From Eledone cirrhosa (lineage: Eukaryota), in NCBI GenBank assembly GCA_964016885.1, contig OZ024742.1, positions 13,516,001 through 13,580,000 of the forward strand: a stretch of DNA of 64,000 nt. The letters run 5' to 3'. The translations under genes and the position numbers were made by a program. This document shows positions 1 to 15,394 of this stretch, in pieces (the first letter of the stretch is position 1; every line of letters begins with the position of its first letter). A model generated the notes under the pieces. It made no database searches. It was given only the letters and a program-made list of their open reading frames with translations, and was not told the DNA's origin.

Positions 1-3000
1 TACTGATGTACTATAGTGTACAGTGATATATAGATATACTGATGTACTATAGTATACAGTGATATAGAAATATACTGATGTACTATAGTGTACAGTGATA
101 TACAGTTATACTGATGTACTATAGTATATAGTGATATATAGATATACTGATGTACTATAGTATATAGTGATATATAGATACACTGATGTACTATAGTGTA
201 TAGTGATATATAGATATACTGATGTACTATAGTATATAGTGATATATAGATACACTGATGTACTATAGTGTATAATGATATATAGATATATTGATGTACT
301 ATAGTGTATAGTGATATATAGATATACTGATGTACTATAGTGTACAGTCATATATCGATATACTGATGTACTATAGTGTATAGTGATATATAAATATACT
401 CATGTACTATAGTGTACAGTGATATATAGATACACTGATGTACTATAGTATACAGTGATATATAGATGTACTATAGTGTATAGTGATATATAGATACACT
501 GATGTATTATAGTATACAGTGATATATAGATATACTGATGTACTATAGTGTATAGTGATATATAGATATACTGATGTACTATAGTATACAGTGATATATA
601 GATATACTGATGTACTATAGTATATAGTGATATATAGATACATTGATGTACTATAGCGTACAGTGATATATAGATATACTGATGTACTATAGTATATAGT
701 GATATATAGATACACTGATATACTATAGTGTATAATGATATATAGATATACTGATGTACTATAGTGTATAGTGATATATAGATATACTGATGTACTATAG
801 TGTACAGTCATATATCGATATACTGATGTACTATAGTGTATAGTGATATATAAATATACTGATGTACTATAGTGTACAGTGATATATAGATACACTGATG
901 TACTATAGTATACAGTGATATATAGATATACTGATGTACTATAGTGTATAGTGATATATAGATACACTGATGTATTATAGTATACAGTGATATATAGATA
1001 TACTGATGTACTATAGTGTATAGTGATATATAGATATACTGATGTACGATAGTGTACAGTCATATATAGATATACTGATGTACTATAGTGTACAGTGATA
1101 TATAGATACACTGATGTACTATAGTATACAGTGATATATAGATATACTGATGTACTATAGTGTACAGTGATATATAAATACACTGATGTATTATAGTATA
1201 TAGTGATATATAGATACACTGATGTACTATAGTATATAGTGATATATAGATATACTGATGTACTATAGTGTATAGTGATATATAGATATACTGATGTACT
1301 ATATTTTATAGTGATATATAGATACACTGATGTACTATAGTGTACAGTGATATATGGATACACTAAGTACTATAGTGTATAGTGATATATAGATATACTG
1401 ATGTACTATAGTTTATAGTGATATATATATACACTGATGTACTATAGTGTATAGTGATATGTAGATATACTGATGTACTATAGTGTATAGTGATATATAA
1501 ATATACTGATGTACTATAGTGTATAGTGATATATAGATACACTGATGTACTATAGTGTACAGTGATATATAGATATACTGATGTACTATAGTGTATAGTG
1601 ATATATAGATATACTGATGTACTATAGTGTACAGTGATATATAGATATACTGATGTACTATAGTATATAGTGATATATAGATGCACTGGTGTACTATAGT
1701 GTATAGTGATATATAGATATACTGATGTACTATAGTGTACAGTGATATATAGATATACTGATGTACTATAGTATACAGTGATATAGAAATATACTGATGT
1801 ACTATAGTGTACAGTGATATACAGTTATACTGATGTACTATAGTATATAGTGATATATAGATACACTGATGTACTATAGTGTATAGTGATATATAGATAT
1901 ACTGATGTACTATAGTGTATAGTAATATATAGATATACTGATGTACTATAGTGTATAGTGATATATAGATACACTGATGTACTATAGGCTATAGTGATAT
2001 ATAGATACACTGATGTACTATAGTATATAGTGATATATAGATATACTGATGTACTATAGTGTATAGTGATATATAGATATACTGATGTACTATAGTATAT
2101 AGTGATATATAGATACACCGATGTACTATAGTATATAGTGATATATAGATACACTGATGTACTATAGTATATAGTGATATATAGATATACTGATGTACTA
2201 TAGTGTATAGTGATATATAGATATACTGATGTACTATAGTATATAGTGATATATAGATACACTGATGTACTATAGTGTATAGTGATATATAGATATACTG
2301 ATGTACTATAGTATATAGTGATATATAGATATACTGATGTATTATAGGATATAGTCTTATATAGATACAGTGATGTACTATAGCGTACAGTGATATATAG
2401 ATATACTGATGTACTATAGTATATATTGATATATAGATACACTGATGTACTATAGTGTATAATGATATATAGGTATACTGATGTACTATAGTGTATAGTG
2501 ATATATAGATATACTGATGTACTATAGTGTACAGTCATATATAGCTATACTGATGTACTATAGTGTATAGTGATATATAGATACACTGATGTACTATAGT
2601 GTATAGTGATATATAGATATACTGACGTACTATAGTGTATAGTGATATATAGATACACTGATGTACTATAGTGTATAGTGATATATAGATACACTGATGT
2701 ACTATAGTGTATAGTGATATATAGATACACTGATGTACTATAGTGTATAGTGATATATAGATATACTGACGTACTATAGTGTATAGTGATATATAGATAC
2801 ACTGATGTACTATAGTGTATAGTGATATATAGATATACTGATGTACTATAGTGTATAGTGATATATAGATATACTGATGTACTATAGTGTATAGTGATAT
2901 ATAGATATACTGATGTACTTTAGTATATAGTGATATATAGATATACTGATGTACTATAGTGTACAGTGATATATAGATATCCTGATGTACTATAGTGTAT

Positions 3001-5319
3001 AGTGATATATAGATATACTGATGTACTATAGTGTATAGTGATATATAGATATACTGATGTACTATAGTGTATAGTGATATATAGATATACTGATGTACTA
3101 TAGTGTATAGTGATATATAGATATACTGATGTACTATAGTGTATAGTGATATATAGATATACTGATGTACTGTAGTATATAGTGATATATAGATATACTG
3201 ATGTACTATAGTATACAGTGATATATATATATACTGATGTACTATAGTGTATAGTGATATACAGATATACTGATGTACTATAGTATATAGTGATATATAG
3301 ATATACTGATGTACAATAGTATATAGTGATATATAGATACACTGATGTACTATAGCGTACAGTGATATATAGGTATATTGATGTACTATAGTATATAGTG
3401 ATATACAGATACACTGATGTACTATAGTGTATAATGATATATAGATATATTGATGTACTATAGTGTATAGTGATATATAGATATACTGATGTACTATAGT
3501 GTACAGTCATATATAGATATACTGAATTACTATAGTGTATAGTGATATATAAATATACTGATGTACTATAGTGTACAGTGATATATAGATACACTGGTGT
3601 ACTACAGTATACAGTGATATATATATATACTGATGTACTATAGTGTATAGTGATATATAGATACACTGATGTACTATAGTATACAGTGATATATAGATAT
3701 CCTGATGTACTATAGTGTACAGTGATATATAGATACACTGATGTACTATAGTGTACAGTGATATATAGATACACTGATGTACTATAGTATACAGTGATAT
3801 ATAGATATACTGATGTACTATAGTGTACAGTGATATATAAATACACTGATGTATTATAGTATATAGTGATATATAGATACACTGATGTACTATAGTATAT
3901 AGTGATATATAGATACACCAATGTACTATAGTGTATAGTGATATATAGATATACTGATGTACTATAGTGTATAGTGATATATAGATACACTGATGTAATA
4001 TAGTGTATAGTGATATATAGATTCACTGATGTACTATAGTATATAGTGATATATAGATACACTGATGTACTATAGTATACAGTGATATATAGATATACTG
4101 ATGTACTATAGTATATAGTGATATATAGATATACTGATGTACTATAGTATATAGTGATATATAGCTATACTGATGTACTATAGTGTACAGTGATATATAG
4201 ATACACTGATGTACTATAGTATACAGAGATATATAGATATACTGATGTACTATAGTGTAGAGATATATAGATATACTGATGTACTATAGTGTATAGTGAT
4301 ATATAGATATACTGATGTACTATAGTGTATAGTGATATTTAGATATACTGATGTACTATAGTGTACAGTGATATATAGATACACTGATGTAATATAGTAT
4401 ACAGTGATATATAGATACACTGATGTACTATTGAGTACAGTGATATATAGATACACTGAGGTACTATAGTGTACAGTGATATATAGATATACTGATGTAC
4501 TATAGTGTACAGTGATATATAGATATACTGATGTACTATAGTGTATAGTGATATATAGATACACTGATGTACTATAGTGTATAGTGATATATAGATATAC
4601 TGATGTACTATAGTATACAGTGATATATAGATATACTGATGTACTATAGTGTACACTGATATATAGATATACTGATGTACTATAGTGTATAGTGATATAT
4701 AGATACACTGATGTACTATAGTGTACAGTGATATATAGATATACTGATGTACTATAGTGTACAGTGATATATAGATATCCTGATGTACTATAGTGTATAG
4801 TGATATATAGATATACTGATGTACTAGAGTGTATAGTGATATATAGATATGCTGATGTACTATAGTGTATAGTGATATATAGACACTGATGTACTATAGT
4901 GTGCAGTGATATATAGATATACTGATGTACTATAGTGTACAGTGATATATAGATATCCTGATATGCTATAGAGTATAGTGATATATAGATATACTGATGT
5001 ACTATAGTGTATAGTGATATATAGATATACTGATGTACTATAGTGTATAGTGATATATAGATACACTGATGTACTATAGTGTATAGTGATATATAGATAC
5101 ACTGATGTACTATAGTGTATAGTGATATATAGATATACTGATGTACTATAGTGTATAGTGATATATAGATACACTGATGTACTATAGTGTATAGTGATAT
5201 ATAGATATACTGATGTACTATAGTGTATAGTGATATATAGATATACTGATGTACTATAGTGTATAGTGATATATAGATACACTGATGTACTATAGGGTAT
5301 AGTGATATATAGATATACT

Positions 5320-8300
5320 GATGTACTATAGTGTACAGTGATATATAGATATACTGATGTACTATAGTGTACCGTGATATATAGATATACTGATGTACTA
5401 TAGTGTACAGTGATATATAGATATACTGATGTACTATAGTGTACAGTGATATATAGATATACTGATTACTATAGTGTACAGTGATATATATATATACTGA
5501 TGTACTATAGTGTACAGTGATATATAGATATACTGATGTACTGTAGTGTACAGTGATATATAGATACACTGATGTACTATAGTGTATAGTGATATATAGA
5601 TACACTGATGTACTATAGTGTACAGTGATATATAGATATACTGATGTACTATAGTGTATAGTGATATATAGATATACTGATGTACTATAGTGTACATTGA
5701 TATATACATATACTGATGTACTATAGTATATAGTGATATATAGATACACTGGTGTACTATAGTGTATAGTGATATATAGATATACTGATGTACTATAGTG
5801 TACCGTGATATATAGATATACTGATGTACTATAGTGTACAGTGATATATAGATATACTGTTGTACTATAGTGTACAATGATATATAGATATACTGATTAC
5901 TTTAGTGTACAGTGATATATATATATACTGATGTACTATAGTGTACAGTGATATATAGATATACTGATGTACTGTAGTGTACAGTGATATATAGATACAC
6001 TGATGTACTATAGTGTATAGTGATATATAGATACACTGATGTACTATAGTGTACAGTGATATATAGATATACTGATGTACTATAGTGTATAGTGATATAT
6101 AGATACATTGATGTACTATAGTGTATAGTGATATATAGATATACTGATGTACTATAGTGTACCGTGATATATAGATATACTGATGTACTATAGTATACAG
6201 TGATATATAGATACACTGATGTACTATAGTGTATAGTGATATATAGATATACTGATGTACTATAGTGTACAGTGATATATAGATATACTGATGTACTATA
6301 GTATACAATGATATAGAAATATACTGATGTACTATAGTGTACAGTGATATACAGATATACTGATGTACTATAGTATATAGTGATATATAGATATACTGAT
6401 GTACTATAGTATATAGTGATATATAGATACACTGATGTACTATAGTGCATAGTGATATATAGATATACTGATGTACTATAGTATATAGTGATATATAGAT
6501 ATACTGATGTACTATAGGATATAGTCTTATATAGATACAGTGATGTACTATTGCGTACAGTGATATATAGATATACTGATGTAGTATAGTATATAGTGAT
6601 ATATAGATACACTGATGTACTATAGTGTATAATGATATATAGGTATACTGATGTACTATAGTGTATAGTGATATATAGATATACTGATGTACTATAGTGT
6701 ACAGTCATATATAGCTATACTGATGTACTATAGTGTATAGTGATATATAGATACACTGATGTACTATAGTGTATAGTGATATATAGATAGACTGATGTAC
6801 TATAGTGTATAGTGATATATAGATATACTGATGTACTATATTGTATCGTGATATATAGATATACTGATGTACTATAGTGTATAGTGATATATAGATACAC
6901 TGATGTACTATAGTGTATAGTGATATATAGATACACTGATGTACTATAGTGTATAGTGATATATAGATATACTGACGTACTATAGTGTATAGTGATATAT
7001 AGATACACTGATGTACTATAGTGTATAGTGATATATAGATATACTGATGTACTATAGTGTATAGTGATATATAGATATACTGATGTACTATAGTGTATAG
7101 TGATATATAGATACACTGATGTACTATAGTGTATAGTGATAAATAGATATACTGATGTACTATAGTGTATAGTGATATATATATACACTGATGTACTATA
7201 GTGTATAGTGATATATAGATATACTGATGTACTATAGTGTATAGTGATATATAGATATACTGATGTACTATAGTGTATAGTGATATATAGATACACTGAT
7301 GTACTATAGTGTATAGTGATATATAGATATACTGATGTACTATAGTATATAGTGATATATAGATACACTGGTGTACTATTGTGTATAGTGATATATAGAT
7401 ATACTGATGTACTATAGTGTACAGTGATATATAGATATACTGATGTACTATAGTATACAGTGATATAGAAATATACTGATGTACTATAGTGTACAGTGAT
7501 ATACAGTTATACTGATGTACTATAGTATATAGTGATATATAGATATACTGATGTACTATAGTATATAGTGATATATAGATACACTGATGTACTATAGTGT
7601 ATAGTGATATATAGATATACTGATGTACTATAGTATATAGTGATATATAGATACACTGATGTACTATAGTGTATAATGATATATAGATATATTGATGTAC
7701 TATAGTGTATAGTGATATATAGATATACTGATGTACTATAGTGTACAGTCATATATCGATATACTGATGTACTATAGTGTATAGTGATATATAAATATAC
7801 TGATGTACTATAGTGTACAGTGATATATAGATACACTGATGTACTATAGTATACAGTGATATATAGATGTACTATAGTGTATAGTGATATATAGATACAC
7901 TGATGTATTATAGTATACAGTGATATATAGATATACTGATGTACTATAGTGTATAGTGATATATAGATATACTGATGTACTATAGTATACAGTGATATAT
8001 AGATATACTGATGTACTATAGTATATAGTGATATATAGATACACTGATGTACTATAGCGTACAGTGATATATAGATATACTGATGTACTATAGTATATAG
8101 TGATATATAGATATACTGATATACTATAGTGTATAATGATATATAGATATACTGATGTACTATAGTGTATAGTGATATATAATATACTGATGTACTATAG
8201 TGTACAGTCATATATCGATATACTGATGTACTATAGTGTATAGTGATATATAAATATACTGATGTACTATAGTGTAGTGATATATAGATATACTGATGTA

Positions 8301-11300
8301 CTATAGAATACAGAGATATATAGATATACTGATGTACTATAGTGTAGTGATATATAGATATACTGATGTACTATAGTGTATAGTGATATTTAGATATACT
8401 GATGTACTATAGTGTACAGTGATATATAGATACACTGATGTACTATAGTATACAGTGATATATAGATACACTGATGTACTATAGAGTACGGAGATATATA
8501 GATACACTGATGTACTATATTGTACAGTGATATATAGATACACTGATGTACTATAGTGTATAGTGATATATAGATATACTGATGTACTATAGTGTATAGT
8601 GATATATATATATGCTGATGTACTATAGTGTATAGTGATATATAGATACACTGATGTACTATAGTGTACAGTGATATATAGATATACTGATGTACTATAG
8701 TGTACAGTGATATATAGATATACTGATTTACTATAGTGTACAGTGATATATAGATATCCTGATGTACTATAGTGTATAGTGATATATAGATATACTGATG
8801 TACTATAGTGTATAGTGATATATAGATATGCTGATGTACTATAGTGTATAGTGATATATAGATACACTGATGTACTATAGCGAATAGTGATATATAGAAA
8901 TACTGATGTATTATAGTATATAGTGATATATAGATACACTGATGTACTATAGTGTATAGTGATATAAAGATATACTGATGTACTATAGTCTATAGTGATA
9001 TATAGATATACTGATGTACTATAGTGTATAGTGATATATAGATACACTGATGTACTATAGTGTATAGTGATATATAGATGTACTGATGTACTATAGTGTA
9101 TAGTGATATATAGATATACTGATGTACTATAGTATACAGTGATATATAGATATACTGATGTACTATAGTGTACACTGATATATCGATATACTGATGTACT
9201 ATAGTGTATAGTGATATATAGATACACTGATGTACTATAGTGTATAGTGATATATAGATATACTGACGTACTATAGTGTATAGTGATATATAGATACACT
9301 GATGTATTATAGTATATAGTGATATATAGATACACTGATGTACTATAGTGTATAGTGATATAAAGATATACTGATGTATTATAGTCTATAGTGATATATA
9401 GATAAACTGATGTACTATAGTGTACAGTGATATATAGATACACTGATGTACTATAGTGTATAATGATATATAGATACACTGATGTACTATAGTGTATAGT
9501 GATATATAGATATACTGATGTACTATAGTGTACAGTGATATATAGATACACTGATGTACTATAGAATACAGAGATATATATAGATATACTGATGTACTAT
9601 AGTGTAGTGATATATAGATATACTGATGTACTATAGTGTATAGTGATATTTAGATATACTGATGTACTATAGTGTACAGTGATATATAGATACACTGATG
9701 TACTATAGTATACAGTGATATATAGATACACTGATGTACTATAGAGTACGGAGATATATAGATACACTGATGTACTATAGTGTACAGTGATATATAGATA
9801 TACTGATGTACTATAGTGTACAGTGATATATAGATATACTGATGTACAATAGTGTATAGTGATATATAGATACACTGATGTACTATAGTGTATAGTGATA
9901 TATAGATATACTGATGTACTATAGTATACAGTGATATATAGATATACTGATGTACTATAGTGAACACTGATATATCGATATACTGATGTACTATAGTGTA
10001 TAGTGATATATAGATACACTGATGTACTATAGTGTACAGTGATATATAGATATACTGATGTACTATAGTGTACCGTGATATATAGATATACTGATGTACT
10101 ATAGTGTACAGTGATATATAGATATACTGATGTACTATAGTGTACAGTGATATATAGATATACTGATTACTATAGTGTACAGTGATATATATATATACTG
10201 ATGTACTATAGTGTACAGTGATATATAGATATACTGATGTACTGTAGTGTACAGTGATATATAGATACACTGATGTACTATAGTGTATAGTGATATATAG
10301 ATACACTGATGTACTATAGTGTACAGTGATATATAGATATACTGATGTACTATAGTGTATAGTGATATATAGATATACTGATGTACTATAGTGTACATTG
10401 ATATATACATATACTGATGTACTATAGTATATAGTGATATATAGATACACTGGTGTACTATAGTGTATAGTGATATATAGATATACTGATGTACTATAGT
10501 GTACCGTGATATATAGATATACTGATGTACTATAGTGTACAGTGATATATAGATATACTGTTGTACTATAGTGTACAATGATATATAGATATACTGATTA
10601 CTATAGTGTACAGTGATATATATATATACTGATGTACTATAGTGTACAGTGATATATAGATATACTGATGTACTGTAGTGTACAGTGATATATAGATACA
10701 CTGATGTACTATAGTGTATAGTGATATATAGATACACTGATGTACTATAGTGTACAGTGATATATAGATATACTGATGTACTATAGTGTATAGTGATATA
10801 TAGATACATTGATGTACTATAGTGTATAGTGATATATAGATATACTGATGTACTATAGTGTACCGTGATATATAGATATACTGATGTACTATAGTATACA
10901 GTGATATATAGATACACTGATGTACTATAGTGTATAGTGATATATAGATATACTGATGTACTATAGTGTACAGTGATATATAGATATACTGATGTACTAT
11001 AGTATACAATGATATAGAAATATACTGATGTACTATAGTGTACAGTGATATACAGATATACTGATGTACTATAGTATATAGTGATATATAGATATACTGA
11101 TGTACTATAGTATATAGTGATATATAGATACACTGATGTACTATAGTGCATAGTGATATATAGATATACTGATGTACTATAGTATATAGTGATATATAGA
11201 TATACTGATGTACTATAGGATATAGTCTTATATAGATACAGTGATGTACTATTGCGTACAGTGATATATAGATATACTGATGTAGTATAGTATATAGTGA

Positions 11301-14300
11301 TATATAGATACACTGATGTACTATAGTGTATAATGATATATAGGTATACTGATGTACTATAGTGTATAGTGATATATAGATATACTGATGTACTATAGTG
11401 TACAGTCATATATAGCTATACTGATGTACTATAGTGTATAGTGATATATAGATACACTGATGTACTATAGTGTATAGTGATATATAGATAGACTGATATA
11501 CTATAGTGTATAGTGATATATAGATATACTGATGTACTATATTGTATCGTGATATATAGATATACTGATGTACTATAGTGTATAGTGATATATAGATACA
11601 CTGATGTACTATAGTGTATAGTGATATATAGATACACTGATGTACTATAGTGTATAGTGATATATAGATATACTGACGTACTATAGTGTATAGTGATATA
11701 TAGATACACTGATGTACTATAGTGTATAGTGATATATAGATATACTGATGTACTATAGTGTATAGTGATATATAGATATACTGATGTACTATAGTGTATA
11801 GTGATATATAGATACACTGATGTACTATAGTGTATAGTGATAAATAGATATACTGATGTACTATAGTGTATAGTGATATATATATACACTGATGTACTAT
11901 AGTGTATAGTGATATATAGATATACTGATGTACTATAGTGTATAGTGATATATAGATATACTGATGTACTATAGTGTATAGTGATATATAGATATACTGA
12001 TGTACTATAGTATATAGTGATATATAGATACACTGGTGTACTATTGTGTATAGTGATATATAGATATACTGATGTACTATAGTGTACAGTGATATATAGA
12101 TATACTGATGTACTATAGTATACAGTGATATAGAAATATACTGATGTACTATAGTGTACAGTGATATACAGTTATACTGATGTACTATAGTATATAGTGA
12201 TATATAGATATACTGATGTACTATAGTATATAGTGATATATAGATACACTGATGTACTATAGTGTATAGTGATATATAGATATACTGATGTACTATAGTA
12301 CATAGTGATATATAGATACACTGATGTACTATAGTGTATAATGATATATAGATATATTGATGTACTATAGTGTATAGTGATATATAGATATACTGATGTA
12401 CTATAGTGTACAGTCATATATCGATATACTGATGTACTATAGTGTATAGTGATATATAAATATACTGATGTACTATAGTGTACAGTGATATATAGATACA
12501 CTGATGTACTATAGTATACAGTGATATATAGATGTACTATAGTGTATAGTGATATATAGATACACTGATGTATTATAGTATACAGTGATATATAGATATA
12601 CTGATGTACTATAGTGTATAGTGATATATAGATATACTGATGTACTATAGTATACAGTGATATATAGATATACTGATGTACTATAGTATATAGTGATATA
12701 TAGATACACTGATGTACTATAGCGTACAGTGATATATAGATATACTGATGTACTATAGTATATAGTGATGTATAGATACACTGATATACTATAGTGTATA
12801 ATGATATATAGATATACTGATGTACTATAGTGTATAGTGATATATAGATATACTGATGTACTATAGTGTACAGTCATATATCGATATACTGATGTACTAT
12901 AGTGTATAGTGATATATAAATATACTGATGTACTATAGTGTAGTGATATATAGATATACTGATGTACTATAGAATACAGAGATATATAGATATACTGATG
13001 TACTATAGTGTAGTGATATATAGATATACTGATGTACTATAGTGTATAGTGATATTTCGATATACTGATGTACTATAGTGTACAGTGATATATAGATACA
13101 CTGATGTACTATAGTATACAGTGATATATAGATACACTGATGTACTATAGAGTACGGAGATATATAGATACACTGATGTACTATATTGTACAGTGATATA
13201 TAGATACACTGATGTACTATAGTGTATAGTGATATATAGATATACTGATGTACTATAGTGTATAGTGATATATAGATACACTGATGTACTATAGTGTATA
13301 GTGATATATAGATATACTGATGTACTATAGTGTATAGTGATATATAGATACACTGATGTACTATAGTGTATAGTGATATATAGATATACTGATGTACTAT
13401 AGTGTATAGTGATATATAGATACACTGATGTACTATAGTGTACAGTGATATATAGATACACTGATGTACTATAGTGTATAGTGATATATAGATATACTGA
13501 TGTACTATAGTGTATAGTGATATATAGATATGCTGATGTACTATAGTGTATAGTGACATATAGATACACTGATGTACTATAGCGTATAGTGATATATAGA
13601 AATACTGATGTATTATAGTATATAGTGATATATAGATACACTGATGTACTATAGTGTATAGTGATATAAAGATATACTGATGTACTATAGTCTATAGTGA
13701 TATATAGATATACTGATGTACTATAGTGTATAGTGATATATAGATACACTGATGTACTATAGTGTATAGTGATATATAGATGTACTGATGTACTATAGTC
13801 TATAGTGATATATAGATATACTGATGTACTATAGTGTATAGTGATATATAGATACACTGATGTACTATAGTGTATAGTGATATATAGATATACTGATGTA
13901 CTATAGTATACAGTGATATATAGATATACTGATGTACTATAGTGTACACTGATATATCGATATACTGATGTACTATAGTGTATAGTGATATATAGATACA
14001 CTGATGTACTATAGTGTATAGTGATATATAGATATACTGATGTATTATAGTATATAGTGATATATAGATACACTGATGTACTATAGTGTATAGTGATATA
14101 AAGATATACTGATGTATTATAGTCTATAGTGATATATAGATGTACTGATGTACTATAGTGTATAGTGATATATAGATATACTGATGTACTATAGTGTATA
14201 ATGATATATAGATACACTGATGTACTATAGTGTATAGTGATATATAGATACACTGATGTACTATAGAATACAGAGATATATATAGATATACTGATGTACT

Positions 14301-14736
14301 ATAGTGTAGTGATATATAGATATACTGATGTACTATAGTGTACAGTGATATATAGATACACTGATGTACTATAGTATACAGTGATATATAGATACACTGA
14401 TGTACTATAGAGTACGGAGATATATAGATACACTGATGTACTATAGTGTACAGTGATATATAGATATACTGATGTACTATAGTGTACAGTGATATATAGA
14501 TATACTGATGTACTATAGTGTACAGTGATATATAGATATACTGATGTACTATAGTGTATAGTGATATATAGATACACTGATGTACTATAGTGTATAGTGA
14601 TATATAGATATACTGATGTACTATAGTATACAGTGATATATAGATATACTGATGTACTATAGTGAACACTGATATATCGATATACTGATGTACTATAGTG
14701 TATAGTGATATATAGATACACTGATGTACTATAGTG
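5320..14736 (+). repeat. ~4.7-kb tandem block duplication (about 5320-10030 and 10020-14736)
   Basis: Matching ORF coordinates are offset by 4701 (5749/10450, 5865/10566, 6708/11409, 6715/11416), then 4665-4666 (7507/12172, 8337/13003), then 4702 (9597/14299). Shared rare markers include tgattac, aggatatagtctta, attgtatcgtg, agtacggaga and tgaacactgatatatcga. Confidence 0.92.
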
Positions 14737-15394
14737 AACAGTGATATATAGGTATACTGATGTACTATAGTGTATAGTGATATATATATATGCTGATGTA
14801 CTATAGTGTATAGTGATATATAGATACACTGATGTACTATAGTGTACAGTGATATATATATATACTGATGTACTATAGTGTATAGTGATATATAGATACA
14901 CTGATGTACTATAGTGTACAGTGAAATATAGATATACTGATTTACTATAGTGTACAGTGATATATAGATATCCTGATGTACTATAGTGTATAGTGATATA
15001 TAGATATACTGATGTACTATAGTGTACAGTGATATATAGATATACTGATGTACTATAGTGTATAGTGATATATAGATACACTGATGTACTATAGTGTATA
15101 GTGATATATAGATATACTGATGTACTATAGTATACAGTGATATATAGATATACTGATGTACTATAGTGTACACTGATATATCGATATACTGATGTACTAT
15201 AGTGTATAGTGATATATAGATACACTGATGTACTATAGTGTATAGTGATATATAGATATACTGATGTATTATAGTATATAGTGATATATAGATACACTGA
15301 TGTACTATAGTGTATAGTGATATAAAGATATACTGATGTACTATAGTCTATAGTGATATATAGATAAACTGATGTACTATAGTGTATAGTGTTA

